Assembly (NCBI GenBank): GCA_037134655.1
Contig: JBAXLR010000002.1
Coordinates: 6,888-70,887 of the forward strand
Length of the DNA stretch: 64,000 bases
Origin: a bacterium
Lineage (GTDB): Bacteria > Bdellovibrionota_B > Oligoflexia > Oligoflexales > RGVZ01
Direction: 5' to 3'
The position numbers and the translations under genes are program-made. The notes beneath the pieces were generated by a model that searched no databases, was not told the origin of the DNA, and saw only the letters and a list, made by a program, of their open reading frames with translations. Positions 8,296 through 17,442 of this stretch are shown one piece after another; the stretch's first letter is position 1, and each line of letters begins with the position of its first letter.

Positions 8296-9313
8296 AAGTT
8301 CATATCAAAACTCACTTCACCGCTTACGCCAACTTGATAGCTGCTGGCTCGTCTTTCAAAGAAGTTTGTCAGTTCTTGGACGTCCTGTAAGTCCATGAAC
8401 GGGAAAGGATTCGTGCTGTTGAATAACGGCGCCATGTCCAAAGCCAGGAGGCGCTGATCTGCGATGAACTCGAGGTATTGTCTCATGAGTTTCGGGGTCA
8501 TTCCGGGGACTTCTTGGCCCAAAACGTCTTCCGCAAATTGAGTTTCGCAATCAACGGCTTCAGTTATCATCGTCTTGATTTTTTCAACCAACGATTCATC
8601 GAAAAGTCCGGGCTCTTGCGTGCGAATCTCTTTGATGACTTCAAAGGCAAAAGCCATGTGACCACTCTCATCACGGAACACCCAATTCGTACCTGCTGCA
8701 AGTCCGTGCAATAAGCCTCGATTCCGCAGGTAATAAACGTATGCGAACGCCGCAAAGAAAAATAAGCCTTCAATACACGTTGCAAAACAGATGAGATTCA
8801 GCAAAAAATCTTGTCGATCAGAGCGGTCGCGCAGCTCGTCCATATCCTTGATGGAATCGATCCATCGTTGACAGAAGGTTGCTTTGGCACGAATTGACGG
8901 AATATTTTCGATGGCTGAAAAGGCCTTCGCTCGCTCCTCAAGATTCGGCACATATGTGTCAAGTAGCGTCAGGTAAAATTGCACATGAAGAGCTTCTTCA
9001 TACAGCTGACGGGATAAATACATCCGAGCTTCTGGCGCATTGATATGTTTGTAGAGGTTAAGGACCAAATTATTGGCAACGATGGAATCTCCTGTGGCAA
9101 AAAAAGCTACAAGGCGATTTATCAAATGCCTTTCGCCAGCATTCATTTTTTGCGCTAAATCTGTAATGTCAGTGAGAAGTCCACCTCGTCAACGGTCCAT
9201 GTGTTCTTTATGGCGTTCCGGTACATCTCATAAAACGCGGGATAACGCATGGGACGAAGGGTTAGATTAAATCCGGGATTAAGTAAACTCGTAGCACTTG
9301 GGGTCAAAGTCAT
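8292..9313 (-). CDS. nrdB: Class Ia ribonucleotide reductase beta subunit, interrupted by a 1-nt frameshift
   Basis: The 284-aa ORF (8292-9146) has EEALHVQFY (E-x2-H-x3-Y) and FRDESGHMAF but lacks the N-terminus. A 52-codon ORF starts at ATG 9313-9311 (an ATGA overlap with the nrdA stop) and encodes MTLTPSATSLLNPGFNLTLRPMRYPAFYEMYRNAIKNTWTVDEVDFS. That is the missing R2 N-terminus, in another frame. Confidence 0.85.
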
Positions 9314-11622
9314 TGGCAGGCCTCACATGATTCTGGGTTTTCTAACGAGCAAGCCAGGGCCTGCTCAGCGGTAACTGACGGCGTTGTAGCGGTCTTTGGC
9401 AGGTCAGCGCTCACTTTCGCAATGCGAGTCGCTGGACGCGACCTAAGGTAGTAAGTCGTTTTAAGTCCCTGTTTCCATGCGTGCATATACATGGATGAAA
9501 GTAATCCAATGTTAGGATTCTCAACGAAAAGATTTAAGGATTGGCTTTGATCGATAAATGCTCCTCGGTCTGCGGCCATGTCGATGAGACTTCGCATGGG
9601 TAACTCCCAAGCCGTGCGGTAGACTGCTCTAATGGTTACAGGGATTTCTGTGATCTGCTGGATTGACCCTTCATTCTGTTTGATTTTCTGCCTAATCTCG
9701 TTGGTCCATAGTCCAAGTCGCTTGAGGTCTGCTACGAGATAGCGGTTTACCTGTAGAAATTCGCCCGATAAGGTCTCGCGTTTGAAGAGATTGCTGACTT
9801 GCGGTTCGATACACTCATAGCTTCCTACGATTGACCCAATAGTAGCTGTTGGAGCAATTGCGATCAGCAGACTATTTCTTACCCCGATCTCTTTGATTTT
9901 GAGTCGAAGAGCATTCCAGCGTGCAAGATTGCCGGCAGAAGGTTGAACTCCCCATAGGTCGAATTGCAGTTGTCCATTGGCTAAGCGTGTTTCTGAAAAG
10001 TTAGGATGGGCTCCACGTTCTGCGGCGATGTCAACGCTGGCGCTGAGGGCAGACAGATAAATCTCTTCCAAGATCAGTCGATTAAAGTTTCGAGCATCCT
10101 CTGAGTCATAAGCCCAGCCTTTCAAGAAAAATACATCTTGAAGTCCCATGATACCTAGCCCAACGGGACGCCACTTTAAATTGGAAAATTTGGCGGACTC
10201 AATTGGATAAAAATTCAGGTCGATGACTCGGTCGAGATGGCGTACGGCGTATTTGACGTTTCGGCGCAGCAGGTCCCAATCAAAGCTTTGGTCGGCTTTT
10301 AGGTAGGACGGTAGGTTAATAGAGCCGAGGTTGCAGACTGCAGTTTCACCATCGTTTGTAACTTCAAGAATTTCCGTACACAGGTTTGATAAGTGAACTG
10401 TTTTGCCTGGCATGGCAGTTTGATTGCATTTTTTGTTGCTGGCGTCTTTAAATGTGATCCAGCCGTTGCCCGTTTGCGCAAGGGTTTTCATCATTCTTGC
10501 GTAAAGATCTCTAGCTTTCACTTGCCGGGCATATTTTTGCGCGGCCTCGAGCTCTTGGTATCGACGGTCAAAGTCGTCGCCGAACAAATCAACGAGCTCT
10601 GGGGCTACGGCAGGATCAAACAAGCTCCACATTTGATCATTTTGGACTCTCTGCATAAAGAGATCCGGAATCCAATTGGCGATATTCAGATTGTGTGCGC
10701 GTCGGGCATCGTCTCCCGTATTGTCCCGCAACTCTAGAAACTCTTCGATATCTGCGTGCCAAGTTTCCAAATAAACGCAACAAGCACCTTTGCGTTTTCC
10801 CCCTTGATTGACTGCATTGACGCTGGAATCTAGCGTCTTTAGCCAAGGAATTACACCATTGCTGAAACCGTTTGTACCGCGAATGAGTGAGCCGCGACTT
10901 CTCACCCGGCTGTAAGACAGTCCAATCCCGCCAGAAAATTTACTTAACATGGCAGCGTCTTTATATTTGTCGTAAATGGAAATCAAATCATCTTGCGGTG
11001 ACTCCAAAAGAAAGCAGGATGAAAGCTGTTCATTTTTCGTTCCAGCGTTGAATAGGGTGGGTGAGCTTGACATGAATTCAAAGCTTGAATACATGCCGTA
11101 AAGCTCCATGGCTTCCGTGATTGTCTCAGACAGGGCACAAGCGACACGCATGAAAAAGAACTGCGGAGTTTCAATGACATCTCGGCTTTTTGGATCTTTC
11201 AATAAGTAGCGATCGTATATGGTTCGAATCCCGAAATATTCAAATCGATCATCCTGTTGGTTGTTGACGGCAGCATTTAAAACATTGCTGTGAGACGTGA
11301 CAAATGCATGCAAGCGTTGGTTGATCAACCCATGACGAACTCCGCGGTCAATGCTGTCTTTGAAGCATTCGATACCCTGTTCCTGAACCTCTGTATAGAT
11401 TAGCTGGGCCAGTTTGGAAGCTGCGCGCTTGCTATAGATGGGATCTTCGAAAATTCTGCCGGCGTCGTTATTAATCTCGATCAGCATTTGCTCGCGCTGA
11501 CGTTTTTTTTCCACGCTACTAAGGTGCAACGCAGGCTGTTGATCGAGGTGATTTGGTCCTGTCTGGTTGTGAATTGCTAGGTGTTCTGTATTAATTCCCG
11601 AATTTTGCATAAAAACTCCCAT
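9310..11622 (-). CDS. nrdA: Class Ia ribonucleotide reductase alpha subunit
   Basis: It has the active-site NLCTEI motif and the C-terminal Cys pair CSLENPESCEACQ. The likely start is ATG 11610 (MQNSG), which has a GGGAG RBS. Confidence 0.95.
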   Translation of the reverse strand: MGVFMQNSGINTEHLAIHNQTGPNHLDQQPALHLSSVEKKRQREQMLIEINNDAGRIFEDPIYSKRAASKLAQLIYTEVQEQGIECFKDSIDRGVRHGLINQRLHAFVTSHSNVLNAAVNNQQDDRFEYFGIRTIYDRYLLKDPKSRDVIETPQFFFMRVACALSETITEAMELYGMYSSFEFMSSSPTLFNAGTKNEQLSSCFLLESPQDDLISIYDKYKDAAMLSKFSGGIGLSYSRVRSRGSLIRGTNGFSNGVIPWLKTLDSSVNAVNQGGKRKGACCVYLETWHADIEEFLELRDNTGDDARRAHNLNIANWIPDLFMQRVQNDQMWSLFDPAVAPELVDLFGDDFDRRYQELEAAQKYARQVKARDLYARMMKTLAQTGNGWITFKDASNKKCNQTAMPGKTVHLSNLCTEILEVTNDGETAVCNLGSINLPSYLKADQSFDWDLLRRNVKYAVRHLDRVIDLNFYPIESAKFSNLKWRPVGLGIMGLQDVFFLKGWAYDSEDARNFNRLILEEIYLSALSASVDIAAERGAHPNFSETRLANGQLQFDLWGVQPSAGNLARWNALRLKIKEIGVRNSLLIAIAPTATIGSIVGSYECIEPQVSNLFKRETLSGEFLQVNRYLVADLKRLGLWTNEIRQKIKQNEGSIQQITEIPVTIRAVYRTAWELPMRSLIDMAADRGAFIDQSQSLNLFVENPNIGLLSSMYMHAWKQGLKTTYYLRSRPATRIAKVSADLPKTATTPSVTAEQALACSLENPESCEACQ

Positions 11623-11743
11623 AACCCTGATGATGGTCAGAGATTAAACAGTTGGTGATTTTCGCCGAAAAAATTAACCGACGAGATGCTTCTTTGCTCT
11701 ATGTAGAACTGTAAGCGACATAGTGTCCCCATGTCAATACGAT

Positions 11744-11759
11744 ACACCATAGGTAGTGT
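11744..11759 (-). promoter_or_regulatory. Candidate NrdR box upstream of nrdA
   Basis: The minus strand reads ACACTACCTATGGTGT, matching 13/16 of the acaCwAtATaTwGtgt palindrome as I recall it. A weaker half-site (ACACTAT...) lies at 11711-11726, with centres 33 bp apart. Confidence 0.3.
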
Positions 11760-12032
11760 TGTGGATTTGGGCAGCTAGACCTGAATACCGCGAATCCCTT
11801 GGCATTGCAGTATTGGAAAAAAAACTGTCCACAGGTTGTCCCAGGACTAGTCTCCCGCGCAAACCGTTTTACGTTGTAAACTGGCGAGACATAAAATGCG
11901 CTGTTTCACACCACATGCCATGGTCGACAGTCCCCAAAGCCCCTGCTGCGCATGGACGAAACACTTGAGAAATGTTAGCATTTCAGCTCTCGATAACGTG
12001 GTCTTGCGATATTTTTCCAACGAGGAGATTGT

Positions 12033-12647
12033 GTGATGGGACAGAGCCAATTACCGGTAGAAGTCATGAATCAATTGGGGCTGGATGCAATGGCTTATCA
12101 CCTCACGGAGCAGCGTCTTTTAGATAAGCGGACTATCTTCGTCAGCGAAGGCATCAATGCCGCGGTGGCCAAGCGTGTGATTAATCAATTGCTGGCCATG
12201 GAGTACGAAAAGCCCAACACGCCAATCAATCTTTACCTCAACAGCCCAGGCGGAGAGGTCAACAGTGGTTTTGCCATTTACGACACGATTCGCTTTCTAA
12301 GTTCTGACGTCAGAATCATCAATACAGGTCTTTGCGCATCCATTGCCACCATCATAAACATCGCAGCCAAAAAGCAGCATCGCTTCTCGATGCCAAACTG
12401 TAAGTTTCTGATCCATCAACCGCTGATCCCGGGTCAGATATACGGGCAGGCGTCTGACATTGAGATTCATGCTCGCGAGATCCTTAAAACGCGCCAAAAA
12501 ATCAATGAGTTATTGTCCAAAGAGTGTGGGCAACCATTGGCTAAAGTAGAAAAAGACACGACACGTGATTACTGGATGAATGCCGGCGAGGCTCTCGAGT
12601 ATGGGCTTGTGACAAAAATCATAGAAAACATTACAGACGTGCGGTAA
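12033..12647 (+). CDS. clpP: ATP-dependent Clp protease proteolytic subunit (divergent, stand-alone)
   Basis: ClpP is recognisable throughout (NLYLNSPGG, CASIA Ser, LIHQP His, RDYWMNAGEALEYG Asp). No clpX is adjacent. Confidence 0.85.
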   Translation: MMGQSQLPVEVMNQLGLDAMAYHLTEQRLLDKRTIFVSEGINAAVAKRVINQLLAMEYEKPNTPINLYLNSPGGEVNSGFAIYDTIRFLSSDVRIINTGLCASIATIINIAAKKQHRFSMPNCKFLIHQPLIPGQIYGQASDIEIHAREILKTRQKINELLSKECGQPLAKVEKDTTRDYWMNAGEALEYGLVTKIIENITDVR

Positions 12648-12666
12648 GTTCACCGCGATTCACCCT

Positions 12667-12751
12667 GCGAAGATGGTGGAATTGGTAGACACGCTGGTCT
12701 CAGAAGCCAGTGCTGAGAGGCTTGGGGGTTCAAGTCCCCCTCTTCGCACCA
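12667..12751 (+). tRNA. tRNA-Leu (anticodon CAG), CCA encoded
   Basis: The acceptor stem is GCGAAGA/TCTTCGC. The anticodon stem-loop is CTGGT-CTCAGAA-GCCAG. It has a long variable arm, a GGTTCAAGTCC T-arm and a terminal ACCA. Confidence 0.9.
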
Positions 12752-12762
12752 CGAAGTGAACA

Positions 12763-14586
12763 GTGCAAACATTAATTTCCAGCAAAATCTCAGTCAATGA
12801 GCGCATCCTGCAGGGCTTGCGTCGTTGGCGTATCCTTATTTATGTGGCCCATTGCGCGGCGATTCTTCTCGGAGTGGTTACTGCGATTCTCGGGGTGATC
12901 ATTGGCCCTGCTGTCCAAGCGTTGATTCGACCAGACCAAGAAATACTACAATTTAGGGACTTGATTGGACCTGTTTGGTCTGGTTGGTTGTCGAATGTCT
13001 TAAATACTGATGGCATCCGCGCATTGGAGCTGTACTGGTTCCTTCCGATTTTTCTGGCTTTTATCGCGACGGTCAAAGCTTTGTTGACAATTTTTCAATG
13101 GTACACGTGGGAGTGGCTCGGTGAACAGCTTGCATATGGCTGGCGCCAGAAAATGGTTGAATCGTTTGTCAAGTTGAAGCCGTCGCGTCGAGAATATGAA
13201 GATATCATTGCGGCAGAGCGGGAATTGGGTGGTTTGATGACTCAAGATATCCGCACTTGCCGTGATTACGTTGTGCACTTTTTTGGTGGATTACCACGCG
13301 AAGGTATGCAGGCTTTGTTTATGGCGATTTCAGTGTCAACGCTGAGCCCCAAGTTATTTTTTGTATTTGCGCTTTGTCTGGCGCCCATTGTTGCCTTTCT
13401 TGGGCGTCTTGGAAAAAAAATTCGAAAGCGCGCTAATCGTGCCTTGGAAGATAATTCGGTTTTGGGTGAGTGGATTCAGCAACGACTTTTGGGTATCGAG
13501 ACGATCAAGCAGTATGGCACAGAGAGTTTTGAAATTGGATCCATGCGGCTCGCCAGCGCAAACCTCTATGAAGGATTTCTGCGTGCGACACGGCTTAAAT
13601 CCCGCACCGGGCCTATGATTGAAGTTTTTGGCGTCTTGGCAATCTGTATTGCTGTAGGGGTTGCATTTTTTGAAATTGCGTCTGGCCGAATCTCAGGAGC
13701 GGTAGCGATGTCGTTCTTTGCTAGTCTAGCTATTTTTGCTCAGTCCGCGACGAAACTAGGTCGATACTTCAATAGCAATCGCGAAGGGCTCGCCGCTGCA
13801 GACCGTATATTTCGCGTAATTGATCAGTTTGATGGTGCCAAACTAGAATCTGTGCGTTCGCCAGATATTTTCAAAAAAGCAGATCAAAACGCATTAGTTT
13901 TGAGTAACCTATGCGTGAACTATGGCAAAAAAATCGCCGTAGAGCTTGTTAGTCATAGGTTTTTGGCAGGAAAGATTTATTGCATCGTTGGCGCTTCGGG
14001 TGCAGGTAAAAGTAGCTTGTTCTCGGCGATGTTGGGACTGCGAGATATCACATCTGGCTCACTTAATTATGAGCTGGCCGATAAAATTAGCCCTAGTCAA
14101 CGGTTACTGATTTCATATATGCCACAGCAGGTCCCGACCTTTCCCGGAACGATTGCCCAGAATGTGGCTTATCCCGAGCAGTCCATCGATCTTGCGCGCG
14201 TTGAGACGGCGCTCGCGGCGGTTGGATGGACAATGGATCAGCGACGATTAAATCAGGGACTTAAAACAAGGGTTGGTGCAGGCGAATTGCAGTTATCGGG
14301 TGGTGAGGCACAGCGTTTACAGTTGGCCCGGTTGATTTATCATAAGTCGCCATTTATTTTAATCGACGAGGGAACGAGTGCTTTGGACCCTGAGCTCGAA
14401 AAACAAGTTTTAGTGCAGGCTCGCGAGTTGGCAAAATCTGGCTCAGTTGTGATTATGATTGCTCATCGACCAGCTGCGACTGATTTTGCAGATGAATTAA
14501 TTGTGATGGATCAAGGTCGATTTTCAAAATTTGGTCCACGTTCGGAAGTCATAACAAGCTCTGACTTTAGGCGTGTTTTTGGATGA
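12763..14586 (+). CDS. ABC transporter, fused permease/ATP-binding protein (MsbA/exporter type)
   Basis: The N-terminal half has TM segments. Walker A is GASGAGKSS, the signature is LSGGEAQR and Walker B is ILIDEGTSALD. The GTG start lies 12 nt after the tRNA, so the start is uncertain. Confidence 0.85.
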   Translation: MQTLISSKISVNERILQGLRRWRILIYVAHCAAILLGVVTAILGVIIGPAVQALIRPDQEILQFRDLIGPVWSGWLSNVLNTDGIRALELYWFLPIFLAFIATVKALLTIFQWYTWEWLGEQLAYGWRQKMVESFVKLKPSRREYEDIIAAERELGGLMTQDIRTCRDYVVHFFGGLPREGMQALFMAISVSTLSPKLFFVFALCLAPIVAFLGRLGKKIRKRANRALEDNSVLGEWIQQRLLGIETIKQYGTESFEIGSMRLASANLYEGFLRATRLKSRTGPMIEVFGVLAICIAVGVAFFEIASGRISGAVAMSFFASLAIFAQSATKLGRYFNSNREGLAAADRIFRVIDQFDGAKLESVRSPDIFKKADQNALVLSNLCVNYGKKIAVELVSHRFLAGKIYCIVGASGAGKSSLFSAMLGLRDITSGSLNYELADKISPSQRLLISYMPQQVPTFPGTIAQNVAYPEQSIDLARVETALAAVGWTMDQRRLNQGLKTRVGAGELQLSGGEAQRLQLARLIYHKSPFILIDEGTSALDPELEKQVLVQARELAKSGSVVIMIAHRPAATDFADELIVMDQGRFSKFGPRSEVITSSDFRRVFG

Positions 14587-14608
14587 ATTACGCGGGGCGT
14601 GAAGCAGT

Positions 14609-15475
14609 ATGCTAAAAGCGATTGCAGATATTGACCAGCCAAAGAATGGGGCACTCTATGCTCTGGGCGATGTTCACGGCTGCTTTGATGCTCTGATCGC
14701 CTTGGAAGAAAAAATCAAAAAGAGCGTAAAACGAAGCGGACGAAGCTGTTATAAAATTATTTCTGTTGGCGATTTATGCGATCGAGGTCCAGACACAAAA
14801 AAGGTGATCGAACATTTTGTTGCCGGAAAACTCGCAGGTACCCATGAACTTCTACTGGGTAACCACGAAATGTTCTTTATTATGGCCTTTGTGGGTCTTC
14901 GACCAGACCTCCTTGAGCGTGCAGGAGTTCAACTAGCCTGGTATCACCAGTCGCTCATTCATTTGTACAAGGCTGTTACCAAGCAGGTGGAGAGTTGGCG
15001 TAGTAATGGTGGTGATAGTGTTTTTCAAAGTTATGATGCTGATATTAGTGATCCAGGGACTTGGGATCAGGTGCCGTCGTCCCATTTACGATTGCTATTT
15101 GGTGCGCCGCTAGTTGCGATGACGCCCACCGCTATCATAAGTCATGCTGTGCTGCATGATGGCGACTTAGACGCCCTGCGAAGTTGTGACCATAAGTCGA
15201 CAGATGAAAACGACAAGCGCCTTTTGGAGGCAGTGCATCGTTGTCTTTGGGAGAGACACTTTCCGGCGCAGAGAATTGACGTTAGCCGGCGGCAGATTTC
15301 AGGTCATACGCCCGTCCAGGTTGTTCGGCGAGAACCTCCACTGGGGGTCATTCAGATCGATACTGGTGCGGTTTACGGGAGAACATTGACAGCTATCAAT
15401 CTCAGGAGTTTTAGAACAATCGGCGCCCCGTCAAATTTTCAGTACCGGCGAATACAGCGCGAACTTTATGAATAA
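14609..15475 (+). CDS. Metallophosphoesterase (PPP-family Ser/Thr phosphatase / ApaH-like)
   Basis: It carries the motifs GDVHGC, GDLCDRGPD and GNHE. Confidence 0.8.
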   Translation: MLKAIADIDQPKNGALYALGDVHGCFDALIALEEKIKKSVKRSGRSCYKIISVGDLCDRGPDTKKVIEHFVAGKLAGTHELLLGNHEMFFIMAFVGLRPDLLERAGVQLAWYHQSLIHLYKAVTKQVESWRSNGGDSVFQSYDADISDPGTWDQVPSSHLRLLFGAPLVAMTPTAIISHAVLHDGDLDALRSCDHKSTDENDKRLLEAVHRCLWERHFPAQRIDVSRRQISGHTPVQVVRREPPLGVIQIDTGAVYGRTLTAINLRSFRTIGAPSNFQYRRIQRELYE

Positions 15476-15511
15476 AAAGAGCGAATAAAGGAAACTTTAT
15501 CCGCTCTTTTT
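15475..15511. terminator. Bidirectional intrinsic terminator between convergent genes
   Basis: AAAAGAGCGAATAAAG-GAAA-CTTTATCCGCTCTTTTT forms a long hairpin with a GAAA loop. It is flanked by an A-run and a T-run. Confidence 0.65.
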
Positions 15512-15538
15512 GGTTTTTATAGCGACTCGCTCGTTTGG

Positions 15539-16507
15539 TTACTTCAACAATTCTTTGAAGCGCTGCGTCATGAGCGGTACGACTTGGAATAAATCGGCGA
15601 CGATTCCATAAGATGCTACGCCAAATATGGGAGCATCTTTATCCGTATTAACAGCCACGATAACTTTTGAGGTTCTCATGCCGGCCATGTGTTGAATAGA
15701 GCCAGATATGCCGCAGGCAATGTAAAGATTCGGATTCACCGTTTTGCCAGTTTGACCTACTTGCATGTCATGACTAGCGTACCCTGAGTCCACGGCTGCA
15801 CGCGAAGCACCAACTGTTGCCCCAATAACATCAGCGCATTCCGCAAGGACTTTGAAATTATCCGCATTACCCATAGCTCGACCGCCAGAAATAATCAGAG
15901 ATGCCTCGGTAAGATCTGGTTTCGCACTCTTGCCTTTGCGGATCTCGATGGTTTTGATCTTCCCATCAGGGGCGGCAGCCGTGACTGGAGTTGCGGTTGC
16001 GGCACCACTACCGGTTTTTTGCGCTGGGAAGACATTTTGGCGAATTGTGGCAAATGAAATTTTGGCGCCGTCTGTTGCGACCTCAGCCAAACATTTACCA
16101 GCATACATTGGTTTTATGCCAGTTACGCCACTGCCGTGTGCTTCGATTGAAACCAGGTCGGTTAAAATCGCTCCATCAAGGCGGGCTGCCAATCGTGGGA
16201 ATACATCTCGACCCATAGGGGAAGCAACACCGAGTACTAACTCTGGGGAGAAAGCTTTTATAGCGGCTTCAATCCCGTTAGCGTAGCTTTGAATGTTGTA
16301 GAGTGAATTGCCAGGAGCATCGGCGACGAACACCGTGTCGGCTCCCCATCCTGAAAGTTGACTTGCCAAGGCCGTAACCCCGTTGCCGATTAAAATCGCG
16401 GCAACGTTGGCAGGACTTCCACCAAGCTTTGCGGCAACCGTCAAGGCTTCGTTGGCAGAGGACTTGATTTTACCATCGCGTTGTTCAACAAATACTAAAA
16501 CCTTCAT
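15539..16507 (-). CDS. etfA: Electron transfer flavoprotein alpha subunit
   Basis: It has an ETF-alpha N-terminus (MKVLVFVEQRDGK) and the C-terminal FAD-binding segment IACGISGSIQHMAGM. Confidence 0.9.
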   Translation of the reverse strand: MKVLVFVEQRDGKIKSSANEALTVAAKLGGSPANVAAILIGNGVTALASQLSGWGADTVFVADAPGNSLYNIQSYANGIEAAIKAFSPELVLGVASPMGRDVFPRLAARLDGAILTDLVSIEAHGSGVTGIKPMYAGKCLAEVATDGAKISFATIRQNVFPAQKTGSGAATATPVTAAAPDGKIKTIEIRKGKSAKPDLTEASLIISGGRAMGNADNFKVLAECADVIGATVGASRAAVDSGYASHDMQVGQTGKTVNPNLYIACGISGSIQHMAGMRTSKVIVAVNTDKDAPIFGVASYGIVADLFQVVPLMTQRFKELLK

Positions 16508-16525
16508 AACGCTTCCTCCAGTTGC

Positions 16526-17311
16526 CTATATGACCTTCGCTTCATCGCGAAGAAGTTTGACGACTTTTTCCACCATGGCTTCAACCGGTTCCCCTGCAAA
16601 GACCTGTCCCTTCGGTTTTTCCGGCGGGTATTTAAAGCTTTTGGTGATGGATCGTGGTTTGAGGGCACTTGCGTCGACGCCAACATCACTGGGCGCTTTG
16701 ACGTCGAAAGGCTTTTTCTTGGCTTTCATGATTCCTGGAAGCGAGGCATAGCGCGGCGTATTTAGGGACTTGTGAGTGCCAAATAAGGCAGGAAGAGAGA
16801 CATCATAAACTTCGACTTGCCCGCCCTCGACCTCGCGTTCGACACGTGCTGTCGTGCCATTCAATTCAAACTTGGTGACGACATTGACGTGTGGCCAGCC
16901 TAAAAGCTCAGCGGTCATTGTGCCGACATGCATGTTGTCATCATCAATGGCTTGCTTGCCGCAGAAAACAATGTCGGCTTTTTCAGCTTTAATCGCCGCC
17001 GCCAAAACCTTTGCTACGCCGAGCGAGTCTGTATTTTCTGCGCCAGAATTTGATACGAGCAGTCCGCGATCAGCTCCCATGGCCAGACCTTTGATAATCA
17101 ACTCTTTGGCCGATTCTCCGCCAAAACTTGCAATGACAACTTCGCCAGAGCCGATTTTCTCTTTTAGTTTAAGAGCCTCTTCAATCGCAAACTCATCGTA
17201 GGGGTTAATGATGTATTTTACATCACCCTGCTCGACAGTTTTACCGTCAGACGATAAGCGGATTTTTGTTTCCGTATCAGGAGTTTGCTTGATCAAAACT
17301 AAAACCTTCAT
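16526..17311 (-). CDS. etfB: Electron transfer flavoprotein beta subunit
   Basis: ETF-beta similarity begins at MKVLVLIKQTPDTETKIRL (ATG 17311), which has a GGGGGA RBS. The 37 upstream codons of the tracked ORF look like read-in. Confidence 0.9.
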   Translation of the reverse strand: MKVLVLIKQTPDTETKIRLSSDGKTVEQGDVKYIINPYDEFAIEEALKLKEKIGSGEVVIASFGGESAKELIIKGLAMGADRGLLVSNSGAENTDSLGVAKVLAAAIKAEKADIVFCGKQAIDDDNMHVGTMTAELLGWPHVNVVTKFELNGTTARVEREVEGGQVEVYDVSLPALFGTHKSLNTPRYASLPGIMKAKKKPFDVKAPSDVGVDASALKPRSITKSFKYPPEKPKGQVFAGEPVEAMVEKVVKLLRDEAKVI

Positions 17312-17442
17312 AGGTCCCCCTTTTTTAGGTGCCTTGTTTAGCCGGAAATTACATTCCGGTTTAAGTGTGGTGAGAGAGAGTAACAAGAGCCTACTGCAGG
17401 TGCAAGCAGTAACAACCCTCAAAGAGTCACGATCTTAAAGGG

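Noticed and set aside
11756-12050. ORFs 11756-11968 (+) and 11847-12050 (-) in the nrdA-clpP divergent intergenic region
   Set aside because: They overlap each other, lack SD sequences and have an odd composition. The region is more plausibly promoter and 5'-UTR DNA. I also looked for a sigma32-type clpP promoter and found no convincing -10.
12033-12647. Stand-alone divergent ClpP as a possible inactive pseudo-protease
   Set aside because: The Ser (CASIA), His (IHQP) and Asp (RDYW) triad contexts are all present, so there is no sequence evidence for inactivity.
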